Source: Candidatus Kerfeldbacteria bacterium
GTDB taxonomy: Bacteria; Patescibacteriota; Patescibacteriia; UBA9570; XYC2-FULL-38-9
Assembly (NCBI GenBank): GCA_016182555.1
Contig: JACPGJ010000007.1
Coordinates: forward strand, 128,053 to 192,052
Direction of reading: 5' to 3'
DNA: 64,000 nucleotides
The position numbers and the translations under genes were made by a program. The notes beneath the pieces were generated by a model, which worked only from the letters and a program-made list of their open reading frames with translations, made no database searches and had not been told where the DNA came from. Each line of letters begins with the position of its first letter. The stretch's first letter is position 1. Shown piece after piece: positions 38,183 through 46,100 of this stretch.

Positions 38183-38495
38183 ATCTTTTTTTTATTTCTT
38201 CAGCCAATGATGGGACTCTGCATTTTGAAAGAAAAAAACAGAAACCAATATATATAGCCACTAAGCGCAACCATGGATATTGTGGCAACAATACATGCAA
38301 TGCTTTTGCATACATGACCGCTATACCGACTCCAACGAATATCGCATACAACAAGAATTTTCTATGAAGTATAAAATATGCATGACGATTACTAAAGTGA
38401 TATATAAACCAACGTGTCTCATCTACCGCGAGCAAGAGTCCGACAATAACCATAATGATAGAAGCAATGGAGAAAATCATATATAACAATTTCAA
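38157..38495 (-). CDS. Small 3-TM membrane protein (immunity-like)
   Basis: Three hydrophobic segments; overlaps both neighbouring genes. Confidence 0.55.
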   Translation of the reverse strand: MKLLYMIFSIASIIMVIVGLLLAVDETRWFIYHFSNRHAYFILHRKFLLYAIFVGVGIAVMYAKALHVLLPQYPWLRLVAIYIGFCFFLSKCRVPSLAEEIKKRYVEKYSTK

Positions 38496-38704
38496 ATACC
38501 CTGCTTATTTATTGAATTCATGCGTTTCTTTTTTTTCGATCGCCGTTTTAAATACTCATCAACTTTGCTTGAAATCCAAATAGTTGAGGATATCGTTAAA
38601 AATGTTTCCCAGTATGGTTGATCAGATGGTCTATGTAGCAGTGTTACCGCTACTGTCAGAATGGCTGAAATTATTAACAGCCATATTACATCCGCATATT
38701 TCAT
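38492..38704 (-). CDS. Small 2-TM immunity-like paralog 4
   Basis: MKYADVIWLLIISAILTVAVTLLHRPSDQPYWETFL...KRRSKKKK; shares IISAIL and P...YW..F with paralogs 1-2. Confidence 0.7.
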   Translation of the reverse strand: MKYADVIWLLIISAILTVAVTLLHRPSDQPYWETFLTISSTIWISSKVDEYLKRRSKKKKRMNSINKQGI

Positions 38705-38712
38705 AATACAGA

Positions 38713-38910
38713 CTATTTCTTTTTGAAAAAATAATACAATTGCTGAGTAACGATCAATATAACCCCAAGAAAAATAAAATGCAGCCACCTATCCCAAAAA
38801 GAGATATTTGAACGTGGTTGGAATGTATATCGTGCAAATGCTAGTAACCCACTACTGGATAAAAACAGTAATAGCCAAAGTAAAAATTGATTCTTTTTAC
38901 TTTTCAACAT
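38713..38910 (-). CDS. Small 2-TM immunity-like paralog 3 (divergent)
   Basis: TM-YTFQPRSNISFWDRW-TM-KKK, the same layout as paralogs 1, 2 and 4. Confidence 0.6.
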   Translation of the reverse strand: MLKSKKNQFLLWLLLFLSSSGLLAFARYTFQPRSNISFWDRWLHFIFLGVILIVTQQLYYFFKKK

Positions 38911-38982
38911 AGCGGGTAACGCTTAAACTTTCCATTTTAATATCTGCTTTAAAACTTCCAGAACCATCTCGCCACCACTATC

Positions 38983-39186
38983 TTATTTTGTATCTCTTTT
39001 CTTTTTACGAACTTTTTTTGACCGCTCAGAGAGAATCAACGTAATAGTTATCGCGGCAAAACCAATAAGAAACCGCTGTAAATAACTTGACCCTTCTGGT
39101 TGAATATAGGTAAGAACTCCGGCCAATATCGCACTGATTACAGCAATCAATAGAATGTCAGCAATTCGTTTATTTATATCCACCAT
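38983..39186 (-). CDS. Small 2-TM immunity-like paralog 2
   Basis: ISAILAGVLTYIQPEGSSYLQRFL...RSKKVRKKK, clearly homologous to paralog 1. Confidence 0.75.
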   Translation of the reverse strand: MVDINKRIADILLIAVISAILAGVLTYIQPEGSSYLQRFLIGFAAITITLILSERSKKVRKKKRDTK

Positions 39187-39243
39187 TTTAATATCTGCTT
39201 CACAAGAACTTTAAATCAGGATCGACAGTAACAGATTCATATT

Positions 39244-39444
39244 TTACTTCTTCTTTTGCTGGTTTCTCTTAGAACGAATAAATGAAAGGACTAATACCAA
39301 TACAACACTCCCCCAAGTCAATAGAAATCTTTCCCAATAATTTGAACCCTCAGGTTTATCTATATATGTAGCAACTCCTGCCATGAATGCAGCGACCACT
39401 CCAGCAAGAATAGCCTCACTCAGGAATCCGATCATACCCACCAT
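39244..39444 (-). CDS. Small 2-TM immunity-like paralog 1 (putative cognate immunity protein)
   Basis: MVGMIGFLSEAILAGVVAAFMAGVATYIDKPEGSNYWERFL...RSKRNQQKKK; its start overlaps the stop of the upstream secreted protein. Confidence 0.75.
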   Translation of the reverse strand: MVGMIGFLSEAILAGVVAAFMAGVATYIDKPEGSNYWERFLLTWGSVVLVLVLSFIRSKRNQQKKK

Positions 39445-40505
39445 TTTAATAAGAACTTTGTCGTGTTTACAATCTGTTGTTTTATCCAATACTGTGCAGA
39501 ATTTGGTAAAACTTTGAACACCCCCATCGTGGCACCTGATATAGCGCATCCCCAAGCAGCTTGTTCTAATTTTTCTTTCCAATACCAATCATTTCTTTGT
39601 ATCGCCCACCGTACTGCATCAATACCAATACCACCAATAACCGTATTGACACAAGCACGAGCAGCTAAAACAATAGCAGTAGTTACTGCTGCTGGAATCC
39701 AAAAAGGATCTGCAGTAACAGGATATGAAATTCCTTCCACATTATGGAGAATATGTTGAGTAAGTGTTTGACCATCTGTGGTGAAATAAGTTTCAACATC
39801 ATTCCCAGCAGCATCTTTTGCCCAGGGAGTGGCAACCATGGCGATCGGTTCATTGTTTTCATCTACAACCACTGCTCCTCCATCTTCAGTCAGTTCAATG
39901 TGGCCGCCAGATGGCACGGTGACGGTATACGCATATTCTGTTGGTGCTTCGGGGTTATCAATAACCGTAAGCATACGCACACCACCTTCTACGTCCGCTT
40001 GTACGGCGTTTGCTGAACCATCTTTTGCCGGGTATGCAACAACACCGTCTGCGATTCTTTTTGCGTTTTTCGCTTCATCAGCATTGGGCAAGCCAATCTC
40101 AATCGTTGTGCCGTCTTCCGTACCCAATGTTACTCCATCTTCTGGATTTTTCGGAATATCAACAATTGTACCATCTTCTGTGGAAGTGATAATCGCTGAA
40201 TCTACATCGCGATCGACTACAATATCTTCAGAAGTTTCGAGTACACCAGAAAGACTTTCCAATGCCTCTTTCACCTCCGTTTTCGATACGTTCATTGAAT
40301 GATCCGTATCCGCTTGTTCGAGAACGGTAATTTCCGGCTCTGTTTCTAATGCTGTTGAATCTACCGGTTCCACAACAGCAGGTGATTCGTTTGTACCTTC
40401 CGCGCTCAATTCTTGCGCACGCACCAACTGCGGTGCAACGCTCATAAAAACAAATGAAAACACCATCGTACTCGAAAGCACTTTTGAGAAGACGCCCGTC
40501 CTCAT
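39432..40505 (-). CDS. Secreted protein with an acidic pro-domain ending in YPVTADP and a 90-aa hydrophobic/basic C-terminal tip (putative polymorphic toxin or bacteriocin precursor)
   Basis: Sec signal (VRA|QE), PWAKDAAG..V.T....DG.TLTQ...H......YPVTADP, then an abrupt switch to an Ala/Gly/Trp-rich tip with two Cys; followed by the immunity-like array. Confidence 0.7.
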   Translation of the reverse strand: MRTGVFSKVLSSTMVFSFVFMSVAPQLVRAQELSAEGTNESPAVVEPVDSTALETEPEITVLEQADTDHSMNVSKTEVKEALESLSGVLETSEDIVVDRDVDSAIITSTEDGTIVDIPKNPEDGVTLGTEDGTTIEIGLPNADEAKNAKRIADGVVAYPAKDGSANAVQADVEGGVRMLTVIDNPEAPTEYAYTVTVPSGGHIELTEDGGAVVVDENNEPIAMVATPWAKDAAGNDVETYFTTDGQTLTQHILHNVEGISYPVTADPFWIPAAVTTAIVLAARACVNTVIGGIGIDAVRWAIQRNDWYWKEKLEQAAWGCAISGATMGVFKVLPNSAQYWIKQQIVNTTKFLLKWWV

Positions 40506-40722
40506 AATTTTAAAATAAATGATTAAGTTACTTCTAGTGTATCACGTGCGTCCACCGCGTCAATATGCGACTTATCCACAATTATTTTATTATTTTTGTA
40601 GCCGTCTCTATTTCGCCAATTAACGAAATGCTTTTAACATTAACTCTTTTTCGACTTTTTTCTTAAAGATTTTTCCACCGCAGAGCCGTCGCTTACTGAT
40701 TCGTGAAATACAGCATTAACTC

Positions 40723-40804
40723 TTGTAAGAAATAATACCGTAGGATAAACTATGTGTTGACGCCCCTGTATGGCCACAGCAGCCAGCAGGACGTTTTTAT
40801 TTTT
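40723..40804 (+). promoter_or_regulatory. Promoter plus terminator-like leader hairpin of the DUF3800 pseudogene
   Basis: TTGTAA-17-TAAACT, then hairpin 40759-40795 (GACG..CCTG.TGGC/GCCA.CAGG.CGTT) and TTTATTTTT. Confidence 0.55.
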
Positions 40805-40826
40805 CTTATTATTAACAAGTAACGCT

Positions 40827-41148
40827 ATGTACATCATGTACGTTGATGTGACGCACCTGTTACAAGAAATTCCAGTCACTTTATTTTCGGTTGCTATTCA
40901 TAAAGCGGCATATTGGCAACAATACCCTTCTCAAAATCCATACGAAATTGCCTATATATTTCTCATTGAACAATATCAAAAATTTCTCCAAGCAAAAGAT
41001 GCACTAGGAATTTGTATTATTGATCCACGAGAGGGACAAGTACACAAGTCTTTTATTGGCCTTGAGCTTGATCAGATTCACCACTTAATGCAATGGGAAA
41101 AAAGTGATTCCTGGCATCCATGCCCAAATGTTATCGAGCGCGTGCTAT
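40827..41148 (+). pseudogene. Degraded DUF3800 gene (internal deletion and 3' truncation)
   Basis: MYIMYVD breaks off before the expected ESG. NPYEIAYIFLIEQYQKFL, GICIIDPRE and NVIERVLF follow, and similarity stops at repeat copy 2, before the QxxD motif. Confidence 0.65.
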
Positions 41149-41188
41149 TTTTTGGCATATTTGGAGGGGTGTGCACAGCAAATACACA
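41149..41188 (+). repeat. 40-bp island repeat, copy 2
   Basis: TTTTTGGCATATTTGGAGGGGTGTGCACAGCAAATACACA; 36/40 identical to copy 3. Confidence 0.88.
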
Positions 41189-41193
41189 TGGGC

Positions 41194-41221
41194 TTGACTG
41201 TTTTTTCAATCATGATATACT
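41194..41221 (+). promoter_or_regulatory. Sigma70 promoter for the antisense sRNA
   Basis: TTGACT-16-TATACT with an extended TG. Confidence 0.65.
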
Positions 41222-41227
41222 ATATAT

Positions 41228-41282
41228 ATCACCACGAAGAGCGCCCTATACGGTTCCGTCCGCATGGGGTTCTTTTCTTTTT
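41228..41282 (+). ncRNA. Candidate ~55-nt hairpin sRNA antisense to the 3' end of the NYN gene
   Basis: Stem 41236-41253/41260-41277 with G-U pairs that favour the + strand, followed by TTTTT. Confidence 0.5.
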
Positions 41283-41764
41283 GTGCTCATTTTTTCTGCT
41301 AGATCACTCACAAAAGAGATGTATTTTGAATCAAACTTTTTTAACAGCCCAGAATATTTTCGTTGATTTGGAATAAGTAGTTTTTTTAATTTTTCCTGTT
41401 CAATGAAATATTGAACCAAACAGTGAAAATCACCATCTCCAGTAATGATGACTGCTTGATGATAATTCTGATATTCAATCATGGCGTGCAGCACCAATTC
41501 TGCATCACAATTCCCTTTTGTCTTGCCATCTTTATACATGAGTGTTGGTTTGAAAATACAGATGTATCCTGATTCTTGCAAATAGTGATAGAGCTGCTGA
41601 TGACCAGGAATATAACCAATAAACAAAAAAGCTTTCTGCACGGAATATTTTTCTTTTAAGTAAATTCGAAAACGAGCAAAATGTAACTTCCATCCTAATG
41701 CCCGAATACTCAAATTAAGATTTTGACTATCAATGAAGGCATAATTGTTTTCTTTTGTTAGCAT
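41246..41764 (-). CDS. NYN domain (LabA/DUF88, PIN-like) ribonuclease
   Basis: YAFIDSQNL, KGNCDAELV, IITGDGDFHCL acidic motifs. Confidence 0.9.
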   Translation of the reverse strand: MLTKENNYAFIDSQNLNLSIRALGWKLHFARFRIYLKEKYSVQKAFLFIGYIPGHQQLYHYLQESGYICIFKPTLMYKDGKTKGNCDAELVLHAMIEYQNYHQAVIITGDGDFHCLVQYFIEQEKLKKLLIPNQRKYSGLLKKFDSKYISFVSDLAEKMSTKRKEPHADGTV

Positions 41765-41770
41765 AGAACT

Positions 41771-41846
41771 ATTTTTAAATATAAAACGCCCACAGAAAAA
41801 TAAGGGCGTCCATCAATATAATACATGAAACAGTTACTGAGTGCAA
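41771..41846 (-). promoter_or_regulatory. Promoter plus terminator-like leader hairpin of the NYN gene
   Basis: TTGCAC-17-TATTAT, then TGGACGCCC-N12-GGGCGT-TTTATATTT. Confidence 0.6.
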
Positions 41847-41926
41847 GGATGCACTTTCATGCTATCTACATAAAAAAGGTGGTGAAGAGTATTAAAATAA
41901 TTGCGTCAATTCCGTCAATTTCTCGG

Positions 41927-41966
41927 TTTTTGGCATATTTGGAGGGGCGTGCACAGCACATGCACG
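41927..41966 (+). repeat. 40-bp island repeat, copy 3
   Basis: TTTTTGGCATATTTGGAGGGGCGTGCACAGCACATGCACG, containing a perfect CGTGCA-N7-TGCACG; followed by TTGACA at 41974. Confidence 0.88.
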
Positions 41967-42004
41967 GAAGAGCTTGACAAAATGGATGTTTTGGGAGTAG
42001 GCTT

Positions 42005-42170
42005 GGGGTAGATTTGTGCAAAGTGTGCCTTGAAAGAGGTGTGCTTTGCACTTGAAAATATGCCCGTGTTTTTATTCGCGTCGTTTGCAAAGCCAGCCTA
42101 TGGTTGGTTTGGCAATGCAGCGACGCGGCTACAATCAATGGCCGGGACTTCAAACCGGCCGGTTAGGAGG
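42005..42170 (+). promoter_or_regulatory. Structured 5' leader or sRNA with three hairpins and a Shine-Dalgarno site
   Basis: Hairpins 42016-42051 (GAAA tetraloop), 42077-42127 and 42140-42160; AGGAGG at 42165-42170; upstream promoter TTGACA-18-TAGGCT. Confidence 0.55.
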
Positions 42171-42174
42171 GGTT

Positions 42175-42933
42175 ATGCGGAACTGGCTGTTGGTGCTCAC
42201 CGCCCTCCTTGGGGGGTTGGTGAGCGGTGGTTTTTCGTCGGCGCTCGCGGCCGACGTAGACGGCGACGGGTTTTACGGAACCACAGAGTACTGTGGTTCC
42301 GATGACCAAAACTATTATTATTGGTGTGACTGCAACGACGACGACCCCGCCATCAATCCCGAGGCGACGGAAGATTGCGACGGCGTCGACAACGACTGCG
42401 ACGGCCAAGTCGACGAGGCCGGTGATGACGGTGATCTGGACGGCTTCACAGATGATCCGTGTAACGATACGGACGACTGCGATGACACGAATCCGTCCAT
42501 GAACCCCGGCGCGGTCGAATTCTGCGACAACGCGGATAACGATTGTGATGGGACCATCGATGAAGGGGTTACCGTAAAGTACTACGTGGACGCAGACGGA
42601 GATGGGGCTGGTGATGCGAACACCGACCCCGTAGAAGCCTGCGATGGGTATGGTCCCGCAGGCTATTCAATCGGAGGTGACTGCAACGATAGCAACTCCG
42701 ACATCCGTCCAGGAACTGTCGAAACAGTTTGCGACGACGGCATCGACAACAACTGCGATGGGACTATCGATGAAGACACCGAATACTGCCTGGATGAGGA
42801 CGAAGGTGGCCTCGGGGAGGTGATTCCTGGGGGATGTTCTACATCTCCCGGCGCGCCACCCACCCGAGGGTGGGGAATCCTCGGCCTCGTCGTCGGCATC
42901 CTCGTCGGCTTTCGCCGCAGCAGCACGCGCTGA
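42175..42933 (+). CDS. Secreted Asp/Cys-rich MopE-like metal-binding-repeat protein with a MYXO-CTERM-like sorting tail
   Basis: Signal peptide, three DCND...INPGA.E.CDG.DN(D/N)CDG.(V/I)DE repeats, tail GGCSTSPG..TM..RR; visibly GC-richer than its surroundings. Confidence 0.8.
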   Translation: MRNWLLVLTALLGGLVSGGFSSALAADVDGDGFYGTTEYCGSDDQNYYYWCDCNDDDPAINPEATEDCDGVDNDCDGQVDEAGDDGDLDGFTDDPCNDTDDCDDTNPSMNPGAVEFCDNADNDCDGTIDEGVTVKYYVDADGDGAGDANTDPVEACDGYGPAGYSIGGDCNDSNSDIRPGTVETVCDDGIDNNCDGTIDEDTEYCLDEDEGGLGEVIPGGCSTSPGAPPTRGWGILGLVVGILVGFRRSSTR

Positions 42934-43033
42934 ACAAGCGCAAACACGGGCAAGCGGGTGTAGAGACACAACAACATGGACGACCCATGTCTCTGCCCCC
43001 GCACAGCCTTAGTAAATATTTCTTCATGGTTGC

Positions 43034-43062
43034 TGTCATACTTCGACAAGCTCAGTATGACA
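43034..43062. repeat. REP-like short palindromic element, copy 2
   Basis: TGTCATACT-TCGACAAGCTC-AGTATGACA. Confidence 0.65.
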
Positions 43063-43086
43063 TGAGGAAGAAGTATGTAGTAAAGC

Positions 43087-43121
43087 AAAAATCACCCCGC
43101 TTTTTTGGCGGGGTGATTTTT
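43087..43121. terminator. Bidirectional intrinsic terminator between convergent genes
   Basis: AAAAATCACCCCGC-N7-GCGGGGTGATTTTT. Confidence 0.85.
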
Positions 43122-46100
43122 TTATGGTTTTACGTAGATGGTCTGGGTGTATTCGTCATAGGAAGTACAATCGCCATAATCAGTACGTACATTGTCACCA
43201 TCGGCTTCACCACTATGGATATCGCCGCTACAGAAATCCCAATTATCTTGAATCTGTACTTTAATATGGAATTCACACGCATACCGACCGGTATCATCAT
43301 CCGCATTCGGGTGATAATTTTCTGCCGGATTTGTTGGGTCACAAGTGTACACATACGTATACGAATGGCCAGGAGTAGACGCCGCTTCCCAATAATCGGT
43401 TTGTGCATCATTGGTATTGAACACGCTATCATCAGTGGCTTTCCAATCGATTTGAATTTGTTGCACCGGTTCTTGGTCTGGGTCGCTAGAGGAATCAAAA
43501 CCCAATATTACTGTATCGCCACTATCAATTACTATGGGTTCATTTGTATGTGTGTTCACCGTCATATTACTAATGCTTGGGCGAACGGCGCAATATTCGC
43601 TATCGTCTGTGCGCGTATTATTTTCACACACATCCATAGTGTCTGGATCTAAGAAATCGAAGGAACCATTTTCAGTGAATGCGGTTGGGAAGGTATCGTC
43701 AATTTTATCATCTTGGACAAAAGACAATAAACCCTCATTTCGTTTTGTATATGTAGAATCTTGGTTTGCAAACCACACCGTACGGCCTTGCATATCGGCA
43801 AAAAGTAACCGGTAACGTTTCCAGGCAATACTGGCGGCCGCGTTCAACTGGTCTAAATACGTAGTGTAATCTGCACCGACTCCGGCTCCGGAGAGCAAAC
43901 CACCAAAATTTGAACCGGAAGAACTAGAGCCACTCTCCTGTTCTTCAACATCGAGAATGCCGTCGCCATCATCATCGGTATCTATACTATCTATCATACC
44001 ATCATCGTCGTCGTCCGTATCATTAATATCTGGAATACCGTCTCCATCGGTATCTGTATCCATATCGATAGTAGTTTCCTCACTTGTATCACAACCATCT
44101 GTGCTACACCGTGCAGCGCTAAATGTTCCCTGGGTACTGAGGCTCGCCGCTGCAGTGGCTGGAGCAGCAGTAGCAGTATACGAAGCACCCATTTCACAAG
44201 TCGAACCCGCACCAACAGCCGTACAATCATCATTGCTATCGCAGACAACCGCTTGGCCATTCGGGTCTTTGGAGCTACAGATACCGGCTACTCCTATCCA
44301 GAGTGAATCGTTGGTACATGCACTCAAGGCAGTGGTCGGGCTGTAGGCGGTAGCATAATCGTTTTGGCAGACCGTGGCATTACACGAACCAATACACGCA
44401 TACGGCAGCGCCGACCCTTCACTTTGGTTTAAGTACACAAATGGTAAATTATCCTCTGCCGAAGCAGTGAAGTACGATAAACCATTATTTTTAATACCAT
44501 CAATTTGGCTAGGTTGACTGCCATTGTTGTCGCCACGCAGTGAACCAAACAATGCGTTCACTCCACTCATACTATACGTGTACCCGACATCAGGAATTTG
44601 ATAACCGGTGCTGCCCGTCACGCGTTCTTGCCATGGTGTGGCTTCGGCTTGTTCCGTTGCGCCTTCAACCAGCAACAAACACGGTTCTTTTAAGTAATAG
44701 GTCCAGGTCACTCCCTTCATATCACCAACATCCCAGCGGCGGATACCATCCCAATAAAACAAATATACTGCATCGAGATAACCATCGTTGAAGTCGAAAT
44801 TGACTCCAACAATATTAGCACCACAAGGACTACCGTCGCTACCATCATCACAATCACCATCGTAGATGGTATCAAAAGTACTAGGCACCTCATAATCTGA
44901 ACTGTAGCTATAACGACTGAAGAAATAATGGGCGTCTAAGGAAACACCATCTAGTGTTTGTGAACCTGCGTCTTCGGTACCGCTAATAACACCTTCAATG
45001 CCGTCACCTGCCCACGCCCCTGAACAAGCACCGGTGGTACATGACTTTAAACCAGAGAAACTAAATGGATTCAACGGTACAGAAGAATCGATACCATCTT
45101 CGATACTTTGATCATTATATACCGTATACATATCGGAATTGAAACCCTTAATCAGAAAACCAGCATCTTTACCGGTGACAGCTTTCACAAAAACCACATC
45201 CATGTCATTCAAACCGCTTTTAATAGAATCTTGCGTACAAATAGAACTACCACACCATACCCCAGACTGAAAAGCCGTAGCGGCATCTTCATTATTATCA
45301 TTGATTTCTTCGCCATCAAACGCACCAGAAAATTCTTCATAACCAGATTGATATAGTCGCGCCGTATTTTCTGGTTCTGGCAATGTTTCAGTCGATGTTT
45401 CTAAATCGGCGGTATCAAAACTTGTTTTACCGATCAACCAGGAATTACTCTCATGCGCGTAATTCTTCCCACCATAATTCTCTGGTGTACCAATATCAAA
45501 TGAGATACTGTCAATTTCTGAAACATGCACCAACTTATCTACATTGGAAGCCGGAAAGCGGCGGAATTTTGCGGCTTCAAGATTATCCTCATCATAATCT
45601 CCATGTGGATCATCATCAATATGCAAATCCACGGAATTGATAATTTTGTAGCCTTCGGTCGTTACGGTAACGGTTTCATTGTTTACGGTGTAGGTTGAGG
45701 TGCCATTGCCCAAACATTGACTATCTCCACAATCGCTTTTATCCGTACAAATAGTCCCATCGTCTAAACATGCGCCTAAATTCGCATTGCCCTTTGCCAC
45801 CAAACAATGGTACACCGGATATTTTTGTGAATAGCGCACCGCGGTACCACTGGAATTCTTGGAAGACCCGGCCACCGGCCACCACGCTACACAACGGCTG
45901 GAATCATTCAAATCTTGCTGTAAACAATATCCTTTCCAACCGGTATAAATAACCCCACTGTCATCAATGTAATCACAAGACAGCGAAGAATCTTCGGGGT
46001 ACGCACGGCAAGATTGGCCAATTAACCAAGCGGCATTATCAGAGTTCGGGTTATGTTGTTTATTCACTTCTATCGCCGGCTTCAACGATACATTATCAAT

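Noticed and set aside
40572-40580. Perfect DnaA box TTATCCACA
   Set aside because: It is a single copy, with no box cluster and no dnaA/dnaN nearby.
40770-41366. 198-aa ORF as an intact gene
   Set aside because: It is a chimera of leader hairpin, deleted DUF3800 remnant, repeat copy 2 and sequence antisense to NYN; the catalytic motifs are missing.
36792-41966. The three 40-bp repeats as a CRISPR array
   Set aside because: The intervals are about 4.3 kb and 0.74 kb and contain genes, and no cas genes are present.
42663-43652. Overlapping 100-272 aa ORFs around the MYXO-CTERM gene and the end of the giant gene
   Set aside because: These are shadow frames of GC-rich or low-complexity coding sequence; the longest crosses a bidirectional terminator.
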